Source of the DNA: the human T2T-CHM13v2.0 reference genome, Homo sapiens
Reading direction: 5' to 3' (one strand)
Assembly: GCF_009914755.1 (NCBI RefSeq)
Contig: NC_060928.1
Length of the DNA: 64,000 nt
How positions within the stretch are numbered: position 1 is the stretch's first letter; every line of letters begins with the position of its first letter. Positions 1-15,557 of the stretch are shown in pieces. A program made the position numbers and the translations under genes. A model generated the notes under the pieces. The model saw only the letters and a list, made by a program, of their open reading frames with translations. It searched no databases and was not told the DNA's origin.

Positions 1-147
1 GTAGTCCCAGTTACTCGGGAGGTGGAGGCAGGAGAAACGCTTCAACCCAGGAGGCGGAGGTTGCAGTGAGCTGAGATCACACCGTTGCGCTCCAGCCTGG
101 GCGACAGAGTGAGACTCTATCTCCAAAAAAAAAAAAAAAAAAAAAAA
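1..147 (+). mobile_element. Alu right arm (cut by window start)
   Basis: GGAGGTTGCAGTGAGCTGAGATC...CCAGCCTGGGCGACAGAG plus A tail. Confidence 0.95.
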
Positions 148-900
148 GATTCCCAAGGAAAGCAGATTGGAAAAGCCTCGGAAGTCAACAATGGACCACA
201 CTGACTCTACAGACAGGCCAGTGATGTAAACATGTGAAGCAGAGTGTGAGAGACAACAAAGGTGGGTGACTGGAAAATGGGCAAGCACCTGCAAAGTCCA
301 GTCATCCCAATTCCAGAAAATAATCCTTTAAACACTGCGATGGCCAAATAAAATATGTTACGTCTGCTAGACAATTCCCATCATATCTGGCCTTTCTACA
401 TATCTTATCAGTTTACTGAATATCTGCTGGCTTTTAAAAATCTCATTTTTGGCCTTGAGTTGACTAGGAAATGGGTAACAGTGCTAGAGAAGAGAGAACA
501 GAGGGGAGAGGAAGTAGAATGAGACATCCACCGAGATGGAGGGGTAATAAGGGAATCACAGGCAGCTGAATCAATGTATGTAGGAAGAAAAACTTTAAAA
601 ACTTGAGCTCTAAACCCAGGGATCAATTTTATTCTAAGGATTAGGCTGTTTCCTATGTGGCCATACAAAAGCAACCGGAGTGCTTTCCGGCAATTCAAAG
701 GAGAACACGAGTGGGCCTGGCTCTGTGCAAGTGTCGCTGCATCACGTGCGCAGGCATCACGGGAGCAGAGCCACCGTGAGAAATAGAGAAATCAAACAAA
801 GGGGCTGATGAAGACTGTGGCCACGGATGTGCATGCATGCAGTCACTTTCCTCATTTAAATCTGCCAGAAGCAAAAGTGCCACTAGTCTCAAATTATGCT

Positions 901-910
901 GGGAATTTCC
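901..910 (+). promoter_or_regulatory. NF-kB consensus site
   Basis: GGGAATTTCC matches GGGRNWYYCC; motif only, no binding evidence. Confidence 0.35.
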
Positions 911-1659
911 CCCTGTCCCCACAGGGAGTGAAGCATAATTAAATAATTTCAAGTTAACCAAATTTTGCAGAAACAACTCTAATCAAACATGTGTTTACAT
1001 TTCTTTGTCCTGTCTCCTTTTCAGGGGACGAAGGGGTCACTTCTGCTATTATTTTGTTTTCGGCATCTCAACTGGGACACATAAGGTTAGATACATAGGT
1101 TTTGGGATAAAGTTGGAGAAAACCCTAGCAAGTGGGTTCCCTCGTCCCATTCTAGTGGCTCACAGACAGCGAGCTCTGGAACTAGACACTGAAAAGATAC
1201 AAAGAAGCTGCCAGTTACCATTTCTGTGGTTTATGAGGACTGGAGGCCTGAATTTACACATTTAGCCTAGTTGTCTTTACCACTGAGACATTAGCGTGTA
1301 TGAAGAATAGCTACATACATTATCAAAATATGACACCATGTCAGACCAACGGCAGAGGCCAAGGTTGGTGGCTTTCAAGTTGGGCTGATAAGGAGGTACC
1401 TAGAGGTATCATGAGAGGAACTTTATGCTGAATGGCACGAATCGGACTGTTTATCTTCAATTAAACCCACCCTAGTTTTACTAAGCTTACGCTGAGATTT
1501 TGTTGAAATAAAAAGAGGAGGTTTATTCTGTTGCTAGAAATAGGTGGTAACAATGGTGCTGGTGACAGATGTAAAGTGGGCACACCTACGGTATTATTAA
1601 TAGGTCTACAATCATTTATAGAATCCCTTCATATTATCTCACATTGGTTTAAGGGATTT

Positions 1660-1755
1660 AAGCCTTGTGAGGGTAGGCAGATACCATAACTGTCTTATTC
1701 ACCATCATATTCAACATCCAGCATGGCAGGTATTCAATCAAAATTGGATGGATGG
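1660..1755 (+). mobile_element. L2 3'-end fragment
   Basis: TGTGAGGGTAGG...TGTCTTATTCACC...TCAATCAAAATTGGATGGATGG resembles the L2 tail. Confidence 0.55.
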
Positions 1756-2199
1756 AGAGATGGGAGGGAGGGAGAGAGGGAGGGAAAGAAAGAATAAATA
1801 AAGAAGGAAGAAATGAGCAAATCAATTAGGTCTTTCAATGATGGGAACTGGAACTTGGCACTTAGCAAAAGAGAAATTCTAAAGAAATCAGTTCTATGCG
1901 ATTTCACAGAACAGAGCAACTTCATGACTCCCAAGACTTACTAACATTTATCTATCCCTTGATGGCATATGTGAACGTCCTCATGGATAAAAAGAAATAT
2001 AATACAATAAATTAGGAAGAGTACTGGGCTGGAGACCAAGAAATCTTGAGTGAGATTTTGTTTATTTTTCATACTGAGAAGTTCCACAAGGAAAGGCAGG
2101 AAGTATGCCGAGTGAAGACTCTCAGCACCATCATAATTCATTTTGTTTAACCTTCATAGCCCAATCTGCTTTGTTCTTCTACATAGAACTACACATTTA

Positions 2200-2806
<607 letters not shown>

Positions 2807-2886
2807 TTACACATTTAAATAAGTACTTTGGACTTTATTAATTTTATCAGTCAGTGGTTTTCAACTGTTATCAAACTGGGGAAGAA

Positions 2887-3164
2887 GGCCAGGCACGGTG
2901 GCTCATGCCTATAATCCCATCACTTTGGAAGGCCGAGGCAGGTAGATCACTCAAGGTCAGGAGTTTGAGACCAGCATGGCCAATATGGTGAAATCCCATC
3001 TTTACAAAAATTAGTCGGGCATGGTGGCAAACACCTGTGATCCCAGCTACTTGGGAGGCTGAGGCACAGAATTGCTTGAACCCGGGAGGTGGAGGTTGCA
3101 GTAAGCTGAGATCGTGCCATTGCACTCCAGTCTGGGCAACAGAGTGAGACTCTGTCTCAAAAAA
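2887..3164 (+). mobile_element. AluS
   Basis: Full Alu; GGGGAAGAA on both flanks; inserted just after a hAT-like terminus CAGTGGTTTTCAA (about 2852). Confidence 0.93.
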
Positions 3165-4321
3165 GGCGGGGGGAGGGGAAGAAGATAGTGGTGCAGGTAG
3201 GTGGAAGTCCAGACCTTTCCTGATCTTTTCAACCACAGCAGCACCCATTTTGTCCGTCATTACACATTGGTCTTTATGTATGATTTTCCTTGAAAACAAG
3301 CGTCAGTTTTTCTTTAAAATGTTTACTTACAATAAAGTTTAAAACCATAGCTAAGCCAAGAGAACAGTGGGGTCAAGTTATCGAAATACCAAGCAGCTGC
3401 TTCTGTAAAAGATTTTCAGAATACTGCAAAGCCGCTTAATGGCCGCCCTCCGATGGTTATCACGGTATCACAGTGGACCAACGAGACGAGAGGGAGCACA
3501 AGCAGAACAAAACAAAACAGGAGTATTCGACAACACCAGGCGATTTGAGGAGAAAGTTTCAATCTCTTTTGTTCTCAGAAAATTACTTAGTGAAGCTTTG
3601 CTGGAGACAAGGCAAGCGGCTGAAAACTGGAAAGGAAACAGTGGCTGCCAGCTTCACTGCCCTTCTGACTCTCAGCAATTTGCTTAAACTGAGCGTCTGC
3701 CATGCACCCCCTTTTGACGGATCTGCTTAGAGCTTTGAAATCACAATGTGGTATTCTTAGTTTGCTGTGGGAATACCTAAAAAACCTCCGCCCTGGAGAA
3801 TGTTTTTCTATTTGGGTGTGTCATGTGCAACAGTCCTCTTAGGGGGTGAGATTCGGCACTGGACAGCCTAAAACGCACCGTGGGAACCCAACTCAGAGCG
3901 ACTCGCCTGGAGGACTGGAATTCGGACCAACTGCGGGGGCTACTGAAGGCAAGGTTTACAGAAACTGCAGAAATCTAATAAAAAGCCTGCAGAGCATCTT
4001 AAAATGCCTCAAGTCACAACACAATAGATTTCCTTCCATACCTGTCAGCTCGGCAAAAATTAAAAAGTATTACAATACCAATTGTTGGCAGGCATGTAGA
4101 ACAACAGGATCTTGTAGATACTACTGCTCGTAGAAGGGTAATTTGGTACAATCATTTTAGAAAAGAAAATAGTATTAACTAGTAAAGTGGAAGATATCTC
4201 TACTCTATGACCCAACAATTCCACACTCGGTATGTGCACCAGGTAACATATTCATATCAGCAGCACTGAAATAACCAAAACCTTGAAACAACCTAGACAA
4301 CCATTTAAAACAGAATGAATT

Positions 4322-4456
4322 GGCCAGGCACAGTGGCTCATGCCTATAATCCCAGCACATTGGGAGGTCAAGGCGGGAGAACTGCTTGAGTCTAGGAGTT
4401 TAAGACCAGCCTGGGTAACACAGGGAGATGCATGTCTACTAAAAATTTTTCAAAAT
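4322..4456 (+). mobile_element. Alu left monomer (FLAM/AluJ)
   Basis: GGCCAGGCACAGTGGCTCA...GACCAGCCTGGGTAACA. Confidence 0.85.
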
Positions 4457-4457
4457 T

Positions 4458-4770
4458 GGCCGGGTGTGGGGGCTCACAGCTGTTATCCTAGCACGTTGGG
4501 AGGCTGAGGTGGATGGATCACGAGGTCAGGGATTTGAGACCAGCCTGGCCAACATGGTGAAACCCCGTCTCTATAAATACACAAATTAGCCGAGTGTGGT
4601 TGCATGCCCCTGTAGTCCCAGCTACTCAAGATGCTGAGGCAGGAGAATCACTTGAACCCAGGAGGCGGAGGTTGCAGTGAGCCTAGACTGTGCCATTGCA
4701 CTCCAACTTGGGTGACAGAGCAAGACTCCGTCTCAAAAAAAAAATAATTAAAAAAATTAAAATTAAATTT
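4458..4770 (+). mobile_element. AluS
   Basis: Full Alu directly after the monomer. Confidence 0.93.
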
Positions 4771-5459
4771 AAAAAAGACAATGAATAAATTACAGCAGAA
4801 TAAATGAACAAAAATGAGCTATACACAACAATATGGATGTATTTTACAAACATATCATTGATCAAAAGGAAGACAAAACAGAATATATTAAGTGTCCATG
4901 CCAAGTCCAAGAACTCAACTACATTGCTTAGGCATATAGATGTAGATGGTAAAACTATAAAGAAATGCAAGGATACAGTCATCACCAAAAACTGGAGGAT
5001 GAATACCTGGAGTGGGGGAGAGACAGTGAAGCTCACAGAGAGGTTTCTCAAGGACTTCTGGAGTATTAGAAATGCTTTATTTCTTCACTGGGCTGGCAGG
5101 ACCATCGACGCTCCCTTTATAATTATGTGTTAAGCTGTATGTTTACATGTATGGGTGTTTCTCTATGTATGTTTTTTTGCACAATTAAAAAAAAATACCT
5201 CAGTGGAGTTCTGAGATCAAAAGTTTCAGTTGTTTCTTAAACAGAGATATGCCGGAATAGAAAGCCGGCCTAGTCGAGGTATTTTTCAGTACCTAAAAGA
5301 TAATCCAAGCAAAAAGAATGGATTCATTCAAGATGCCTGCTGGCTCCAATGAGACCAGGAAACCAGAGGAGAGTCTGCGAAGACGCGATACGGCTCAGTG
5401 CAGCCATGGCTTGGTGCAACTGCGTGGCAACTGAAGTGTCAATGCGGTAGGGACCTTCG

Positions 5460-5640
5460 TATCGTGGCTCAGCCACTCCCTATGTGAGTGTCCTTGGACA
5501 AGTTCCTCAACCTCTTTGGGCTTCAGATGCACATCTGTAAAACAGGGATCATAATAGTACCTGCCTCACTGGGTAGTGTATACAACACTTAGAATAAAGG
5601 TTGGCATGCAGCAGCCGTGTTCACTGCATGGATGGTCACT
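5460..5640 (+). mobile_element. MIR
   Basis: CCTTGGACAAGTTCCTCAACCTCT...CATCTGTAAAACAGGGATCATAATAGTACCTGCCTCA core. Confidence 0.8.
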
Positions 5641-5819
5641 GTTAGTGTTATCATCACCATCACTAGAAATTGGAGGTCTCAAGAAGCCAATACTACAGCA
5701 GCACATTCGAGTCACTAAAGTCACAATATAAGAACATGTTTTCATAGGTCCCAAGGAAAATGCTCACTACAGAATCTCTAGGGTCAAATTATCATCATGG
5801 TTCAAAGCAAAAAGATCTC

Positions 5820-6143
<324 letters not shown>

Positions 6144-6902
6144 TTAGGCTCCCTCAGCAGGGCCGGACTTCCAGGATCTGAGGAGGTCCGGCAAGTCCAG
6201 ATTCTACCCCACCTGCCTTGCTGACTGTCTTCCTTATTATACACCGTGTATGCCCCTGGCTGGTGACGCCTCTACTGTGACAAGACATCTTCTCTTTCTC
6301 CAAATATCTCTCTTCTCTCTCAATTAATGAGGAAGCAAAAATATTTCATAATTTTTAATTTAAATATTTCATAATTTTTAAAATAAAGATTGATGCCCTC
6401 ATTCTCCATTTTTAAGTAGACTTGTGAAACTTCTAGGTTTCTCTCAAACATAAACCAACCCCAAATGAATAAACTTGCTTTGCATTTGTACATGATTCTG
6501 AGCTTCCCCCTGACTGGGTGTGAGGCCTTTATTTGGAAAAAAGTTCCCCATCCATAAAACAAAGCATGTTTTCATACATATCGCTGCATTTAATGCTCAC
6601 ATCAATCCCAGCTAGAAGTCAAGGGTGGAATCCAGGTCCTTCAGGTCTTGAATGCAAGTGCTATCTTCCCGCTGGGATGTTATAAAAGCTAGTAACAGTA
6701 ACAGCAACAACTGCAAGGACACTGACGCCACTAGGTGCTGTATCACGCGCCCTGTGTCCTTCGTTGCAGGAGCTTGTGGTTTGTCATAGCTGCCCTATGA
6801 AGGAGGCACTATCTTTATCCCCATTTCTAGGGCTCAGAGAGGACAGCAGATGGGTTTACAGCCAAAAAGGTAAACTATGTCCTCATATAAAAATGGATTT
6901 TA

Positions 6903-7204
6903 GGCCAGGTGCAGTGGTTCACGCCTGTAATTCCAGCACTTTGGGAGGTCAAGGAGGGTGGATCACCTGAAGTCAGGAGTTCAAGATCAGCCTGGCCAAC
7001 ATGGTGAAACCCCATCTCTACTAAAAATACAAAAAAAATTAGCCAGGCGTGGTGGTGGGCACCTGTAATCCCAGCTACTTAGAAGGCTGAGGTAGGGGAA
7101 TCACCTGAACCTGGGAGGTAGGTTGCAGTCAGCCGAGATCACGCCACTGCACTCCAGCCTGGGCAACAAGAGCAAAACTCCATCTCAAAAAAAAAAAAAA
7201 AAAA
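6903..7204 (+). mobile_element. AluSx/Sq-like
   Basis: Full Alu; TSD-like AAATGGATTTTA / AAAGGATTCTA. Confidence 0.95.
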
Positions 7205-8404
7205 GGATTCTACAGAGACCTGAGAAAAACCCAGATGGACAGCATTGGGAAATTAGAAGATGAATAAATAAGGATGACAACATAACCAAACAATGGCTAC
7301 AAGGCTGAGGCTATGAGATCCACAGCTGGCTTGACCATGGTCAACTGGTGTGTCATTGCACCGAGATTCGCCCGCAGACTGGCCCTGAGCCCCAATCCAC
7401 CCCGACATTCTGGGGATATTAAAAATGAGAACACTTCCAACTCAGGCCTCTATCCAGGGGCCTCCTTTAAATGCCTTTCCCCCGAATTCTGCTCCAGTAA
7501 ATCCAGGCCAGCCACTCCAGCTGGCCCATATATTTCTAAAACCCTCGTGCTAGAAGCCTTAAAGATCAAATTCCTCTCTCCACATGCTGCAGAGGCTGAG
7601 ATCCACATGCTTCTCCACCTTCCCTCCTTTCTAGTCTCCTGTCATCACTGCCTCTGACTGAAGGCACTGTCACCTGCTGACAGGGGACAGGTCAAGAGTG
7701 GGAGCTGAAAGCCATCGGTGTCCTTTCAAAGGGGCTCTGCGGCTCTTCGTAATTTGTGCTTTTTGTTCTTTTGTGAGGGAACAGGAAGCAGGGCCTGGAA
7801 GTCAAAGTGTAAAAATAGCAAGGCGAAGAGCCCCACAAAGTCTCTCTTGTGCTGGGAGCCTCTTGGGCCAAAAGCAATACTTGGCCTGAGAACAAGCCCA
7901 TCTGTGAGCAGCAAGGACCGGCTCCTTCCAGCCACCTCAGGCGCCAGGGCTAGGGGCCTGGCTTCTGAACAAGGACCACTCCCGGGTGGGGCCAGTGTGT
8001 GAAGCAAACCCACTTCTAATAACCCTCTTCCCCCTAGGCTCACCTGCAGAAATCCAAGGGTCAAATGAAAATAGATTTGCTTCTAGCAGCAGCTGGAAAT
8101 TTCCTCTCCTGCTGCGGAGGGCACAGGAAGGAGGAAGGGGTGAGCTGAAAGTCTAAATTTAGCAAGGTCTGTACTACAGAGCACAAGATTTCCCTCGGGT
8201 CCTTAGGAAGGCAATCGCTCCCTTCCCCAACATTTGTGCACCCAGGGCTTTGGGTGTGAAAGGCACGGGGTGGAGAGGAAAGAGGGAAGGTGGCTTAATT
8301 AATTCAACAAATGCTTCCTGTCTACTCTGTGCCAGACACTGGTTTAAAGCTAGGGGTGCAGAGGTGATGACAATAGATGGGGAACTGCACACCCGGCCTA
8401 AGAC

Positions 8405-8839
<435 letters not shown>

Positions 8840-8914
8840 AGGTAGTCATTCTTTTCCATCAAACTCTATCTAACTACTGGCTCCACAGAAGAAGAAATGT
8901 GACGTGTGTACTCA

Positions 8915-9360
8915 GTCATTCATTCATCCACTTACTCATTCTTCTGTACCGATGACCTCCTATAAACGCCAAATATTATTTAGAAGCTGGGAATACAGCA
9001 ATAAATAAGAGAGGCAAACAATCATGTCTGGGGATAGGGTGGGCTATTTAAGAGGATGTCTGGGAAGGCCTCTAAGGGAGTGAGGTCTCCCTAAAGTAGG
9101 AGAAGGAGCCAGCCTTGGGAAGGGACAAGAGAACAGCATTTCTGAAAGAGAGAACAGCATTTCTGAAAGAGGGAACAGCAAGGGCAAGGTCATGTGGCTG
9201 GAAAAAGACTGTATGTCATTACAACAGAAAGGTCACTCGATTAGGGGTGAGAGGTCTGTGATAAGGCGTAAAGCCCCACTGGCTAAAGATTCATCCTTTA
9301 TGCAAAGGATTATCTGAAGCTATTATGTGATGTGATTTGTATTTTGAAAAGATCAGAGGA
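8915..9360 (-). mobile_element. L2 fragment
   Basis: CATTCATTCATCC tail, GGGAAGGCCTC and GAGGGAACAGCAAGGGCAAGG motifs. Confidence 0.65.
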
Positions 9361-9520
9361 ATAATCTGCACAATGTTCCCATTCTTGAAGGGATCTTTCT
9401 GATCTCTTACAAAGTCTTAGTGGCAGCTGCTACTACTGACTCTTTGGAGCAATGTTATTCTCGACGGAGCTTAACGCTTCAATCCAAACTATTTGAATTT
9501 AGCCTTAAAACTCTTTTTCA

Positions 9521-9655
9521 GGCTGGGCACAGTGGCTCGTGCCTGTAATCTCAGCTACTTGGGAGGCTGAAGTGGGAGGACTGCTGGAGGCCAACAGCTT
9601 GAGGCCAGCCTGAGCAACATAAAAAGATTCCATCTCCCTCCCCTAACCAAAACAT
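9521..9655 (+). mobile_element. FLAM / Alu left monomer
   Basis: GGCTGGGCACAGTGGCTC...GGCCAGCCTGAGCAACATA. Confidence 0.85.
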
Positions 9656-9656
9656 A

Positions 9657-9964
<308 letters not shown>

Positions 9965-10864
9965 AAAAAATATTTTTCTGATCACACGGTGGCCCTCCTC
10001 TTTTGCCTCTCTCTTTTTTTCTCTCTCACTACTTAGTCCCTTTATTTTTTCTGGCCCAAGGTTTGTGTTGTCAGAATATAGCAAGCAGGGCTCTTCACTT
10101 CCTCCAGCTTCACCACCAACTTTGGAAGACAATCAACAGCCCAGAGCCAGGACTCTGGGTTTAGATCATGAATAGGTTTGCTGAGGGTTCCAGGCAGCAA
10201 ACAGAGGCTGCTTAGAATCTGAGGTGAAATTGTCTTCAACCAAAGGAATCGGCAGAAACACTGACTATGGTAAGAAAGGGACAGGCCCCAAAGTGTCCAA
10301 AATTTGGGAGCGCCCAGAATCCTGACCCACTGGCCTGCTAGAGGGGAGGAAAGCCTGCCTGAAGAGTTTCAAGGCCCTTATACTTCTTAATATGTCTTTC
10401 CAAGACATAATTTAGGTCTTGAAATGTCTACCACAGCCTCAGAAAAATTACACTTTGTATTCAATTGAACTTCCCTGTGGTAGCATTATTTTAACAGTTG
10501 TTTAAAAAAAAGAAAAAAAAAAACCTTAACAGTTCTGGGAGTGTTAATTCCCTAACACCTTTCCCCATATTTTTCATTAAAAAATTAATGTTAAGATTTC
10601 TGAGTATCTTTGAAATAGGAAGCTATTTGTAGCTGAGGATTTTTCTGTTGAAGATTCTTGAGTAAATATTCCAAGAACTCAATACTTAAAAGGTCCTTAA
10701 ATTTGGGCTTTTTAACATTACATACTTTGTCTATTTTTATCAAGCATGTTGGCATAAAATCAACACAAAAGTTTCTTAATTTAAACACATGGAGGCATAG
10801 TCTTTGCTGGGCTTACTCAACTACATTTTCTCGGGGCTGTATTACTATCAGGAACAGGAGCTCT

Positions 10865-11070
10865 GTAGCCACACCAACAGCCTGGAATTGAATCTAGCCC
10901 CGATGCCTGCTAGTTGTGTGACCTCAGAGAAAATGGCTTAAATTCTAATGACCCATCTGCTCTTTGTAAGACAGGACTGATTTCAGCTCCTACCTCACAG
11001 GGTGGATGTGGAACAAAGGCGGCGCAAAGCCGGGCACATAGTAATCACTCAGTAAATGTTTATTATCATT
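10865..11070 (+). mobile_element. MIR
   Basis: CTAGTTGTGTGACCTCAG...CCTACCTCACAGGGT...CACATAGTAATCACTCAGTAAATGTTT. Confidence 0.75.
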
Positions 11071-11415
11071 AGCTATCAATTGCTACATTCATATGTGGCT
11101 TTGGAAAAAAATATTCTGTAATTCAAAACATTTTTTTAAATGCCATCAACCACAGTGTATTTCTTCATTAAAAAAATATGATTTCTGAGAGTCTGCAACA
11201 ATCACATTTTTTTTTATTAAAAAGGTAATTTGTACTTAGATCAAGAAAACTAGATAATAACACTGGCCACCCACATGTCAATTTAGAAATGATGTATCAT
11301 GTGAGAACACACTTGTTTGAGTACATCATGCCTCTTTCATTAGCACGTGGCTGTTTTCTGTCATGTAGTTGAGCCCTTAAAGAAACAGAAAGGAAGTTAG
11401 AACAAAATAGTTTAA

Positions 11416-11803
<388 letters not shown>

Positions 11804-12506
11804 TAGGATATGATCAGAGGTTGGTAGAAGATAAAAGTATACATCTCCGTTCATAGACTATTAACCAAAACCAAACACAACATAGTCAGGAGGACTCTGC
11901 ATACAAACTTAAAACTAAAAGGCATGAAATGTAAGCAGCTAAAAATTACCTAGAAGGAAACTCTGTATTTGTAAATATTCAACCATCCATCGGTCCATCC
12001 ATCCATAAACTTATATATAATTAAGGTTAATCATATGACCTGGTTATAGAATATTTTAGATGTAGTAAAATATTTTAATATTTTATCACTGGAATGTCTA
12101 ATTCTAAATACCTCCACACAGAATAAAACACGTATTTTCTAACTAGTGATATTAAAGTCTTGAGATGAAGTATAACCTAAGAACACTATTTCCTTTTAGA
12201 GTGTGCACATAGTATACAACATAGCACTACTGAGAACCTCAGGCTTAAGGGTGCTCCTTCCAAAAAAGCTTAATAAAAACTTAAAATCTGAGTGAAGATT
12301 TGTATTTTACTTTAAGAAAACTAGAGACAATTATGGTAATCTCAATTTTGTTTTCTTGAGAAGTACTGGGAAAAAAACTGCATTGAGATCACAACCCTTA
12401 AAAATCCAAAAGCCTAAGCATAATAATGAAAGGAGAATGGGTGTAGGTGAGAATGGTCTTGAAATCAGCAATTTTTGATAATCTTCTATCTCTCTCCCTT
12501 TCTTCC

Positions 12507-12795
<289 letters not shown>

Positions 12796-14324
12796 TAATT
12801 TTTTATAATTTTAAAAAGTAGAGATCACATCATATTTAGATAAAATAGCTAGGCAGGCTTTATTACTTTCTCCTCCAGCTGTCTGCCTATCCCACCCACC
12901 TAATGAGTGACAGCAATACAACCTGTTCAATACCAGGCAGGATTTATTTAGGTTTGGCAGGAAGACTACCTAGTCACTCGTCCTAACCACAGTATTCCAG
13001 AAAGATCTATGATTATATGGACATTAAGCTAAGTGTAACTGCACAACATCATTCAGAGAATGTGCCCCGCTGCCACATCCTCTGTCAACCTAATCTTTCA
13101 ACTTAATTTTATTCTTATTTCAGAGTGAGCAGCAGGAGAAGAGAAGACAAAATACAACCAGGGGCATGAATCTTTCTTTGGCTTCCATACAATTAAACAG
13201 AATAGAATTACTAGTGGCATCACACTCTTTCAAGGTAGGCAGGTTTGAAAATATATTAAATGGAGACAATTTTCTTTTCTGTTATTTTGGCAGGATCTTC
13301 AATATGCTTTTCTCTCAGAGCTGCAGTCCTCTGGCTAGTATACAACAGCAACGATCACAAAATGGAAGCTATTTAGAAGTGGCCTTGATCAACTCCAACG
13401 TCATTATTCTTCTAAATGGTGGCATGCCAGGACTTGATTTCCCACTTAAGTTAGATACTTCAACAAAAGATCATTATGGAGAATTTGGGCAATTGACACA
13501 GTATTCAATGACAATTTGGCCTTTTATCAGCATATTACAATTACAAGCTGAAGTGGGCGTCATGTTTTGTAAAATCCAAATCTGTGTGTGGGAACATTAT
13601 TATACTACACTCTCATAGATTAGAATGAATATTATATTATACATATGCATAAACCATATACATTTTATTTCTGATATAAGAACTATAGCATGCACTTCCA
13701 GAGCACTACAGGACTTCCAAAGAGCTATAATTAATCCAATCTCACTTGATCCCACAAAATCTTGCCACAGATGCAGAGCAGATATTATTCCCATTTTACT
13801 AAAGAAACAGATTTCAGCAATGTTAAATAACTTGATCGAGGTTAGGAAAATGCTTATCATTTGGCTGCAGAAAAATCTTGGTGTATTTTTATTTGGGAGC
13901 CATCCTATTCGTTAAGTGTATTTTAAAGGTTAAGTGCCCTTAAAAAAATCAGTAGAACGGAGGTAAATTGTTCAGCCTGTCAGAGTGGTTAATGGACAAG
14001 CTTTAATATTTGATGTAAAAAAGGATTTTAGACTATGGATGGGGAGGAGGAGTACAGAGAAAAACGTTTTTCTGAGATTATGTTGTGAAAACATACTTAA
14101 AGGGATCAGAGTAAAAGCTTCTTTCTTATTACTCCTCTCAGTAATAAGAGGAGTACCTCTACCTACATTAAAAAAAGAATTTGAGGCAGGCTATATAAAA
14201 CATATAAATATATTTCAGTCAATAAATAACACAAGAGAATAGACCCATGGGGTTAAGATATTTAAATTACTGGTCAAAAAATTTACAAAGTTATATAATA
14301 AAAGAAGTTCATCAAAAACAGAAA

Positions 14325-14636
14325 TTTTTTTTCGGTTTTTTTTTTTTTTTTTTTTTTGAGACGGGGTCTCGCTCTGTCGCCCAGGCTGGAGTGCAGTGGT
14401 GTGATCTCGGCTCACTGCAAGCTCTGCCTCCCGAGTTCACGCCATTCTCCTGCCTCAGCCTCCTGAGTAGCTGGGACTACAGGCACCCGCCACCACGCCC
14501 GGCTAATTTTTTATATTTTTAGTAGAGACGGGGTTTCACCGAGTTAGCTAGGATGGTCTTGATCTCCTGACCTTGTGATCCGCACACCTTGGCCTCCCAG
14601 AGTGCTGGGATTACAGGTGTGAGCCACCGTGCCCCG
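14325..14636 (-). mobile_element. AluY
   Basis: GCAAGCTCTGCCTCCC...TTCACGCCATTCTCC and GGATGGTCTTGATCTCC Y diagnostics. Confidence 0.95.
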
Positions 14637-14679
14637 CCACTTTTTTTCTGTTTTTGATGTTCATCAAAGCCAGTGTTCA

Positions 14680-15115
14680 TCAACAGCCAGTCTTTCCTAC
14701 AGCCATATAAACTTTTAGTTGGAAACATGGCCACCCGATATAAACGCTACATTTCCCAGCCTCCCTTGCAGCTAGGTGTGGCCATGCAAGTAAATTCTAA
14801 CCATTGAAGTGTGAGCTCAAGGACTGTATGGCAATTTCCAAGAGCCCTCCTTTAAAAAAAAAAAAAAAGCAGTCGGGCATACTTTTTCCTTCTGCCTGCA
14901 ACAGAGATGCTGCCTTGGACTATGAGGACATAGCCTAGGGACAGCAGAGCAGGAAGGCAGAAGAAATTTGGTTCCTGAGGTCTTTGTAGGGCAGAGCCAT
15001 CATATTAGTGGACTGCTACTGCCAGGCTTCTATGTGAAAGGGAAGTACATTTTTATTGTAATAAGTCACAGTTATTTTGGGGTCTTGTATTACTAATAGT
15101 TGAAATTCATCCTAT
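14680..15115 (+). mobile_element. Old ERVL/MaLR LTR (LTR16/MLT1J-like)
   Basis: CTACATTTCCCAGCCTCCCTTGCAGCTAGGTGTGGCCATG signature. Confidence 0.7.
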
Positions 15116-15246
15116 TTCATTCATCTCACAGCAAAAAACTAAATTCCAGGCCTAGTCTAGGAAAGAAACAGCTTCTAATGGATTAGCTTTGCAATCTCCT
15201 ATTCAAACACAAACATATAGACATCTAAATTATAGAGTTGGGTTAA

Positions 15247-15557
15247 GAAATTGGAAATCATCATTCTCAGTAAACTATCGCAAGAACAAAAAACCAAACA
15301 CCGCATATTCTCACTCATAGGTGGGAATTGAACAATGAGATCACATGGACACAGGAAGGGGAATATCACACTCTGGGGACTGTTGTGGGGTGGGGGGAGG
15401 GGGGAGGGATAGCATTGGGAGATATACCTAATGCTAGATGTCGAGTTAGTGGGTGCAGCGCACCAGCGTGGCACATGTATGCATATGTAACTAACCTGCA
15501 CAATGTGCACATGTACCCTAAAACTTAAAGTATAATAATGAAAGAAAAAAAAAAAGA

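Larger units (their letters stand above)
3995..5195 (+). mobile_element. Ancient L1M (L1ME/MD-like) 3' fragments split by Alus
   Basis: ORF2-end/3'UTR-like motifs CTATGACCCAACAATTCCAC, AACAATATGGATG and 3' end CACAATTAAAAAAA. Confidence 0.7.

Noticed and set aside
9128-9180. 21-bp tandem repeat AGAGAACAGCATTTCTGAAAG
   Set aside because: Simple slippage inside an L2 relic; similar trivial duplications at about 6348, 15735, 23177 and 61776
13166-13618. 150-aa ORF in unique DNA
   Set aside because: No recognisable domain or coding-like composition; compatible with chance in 64 kb x 6 frames
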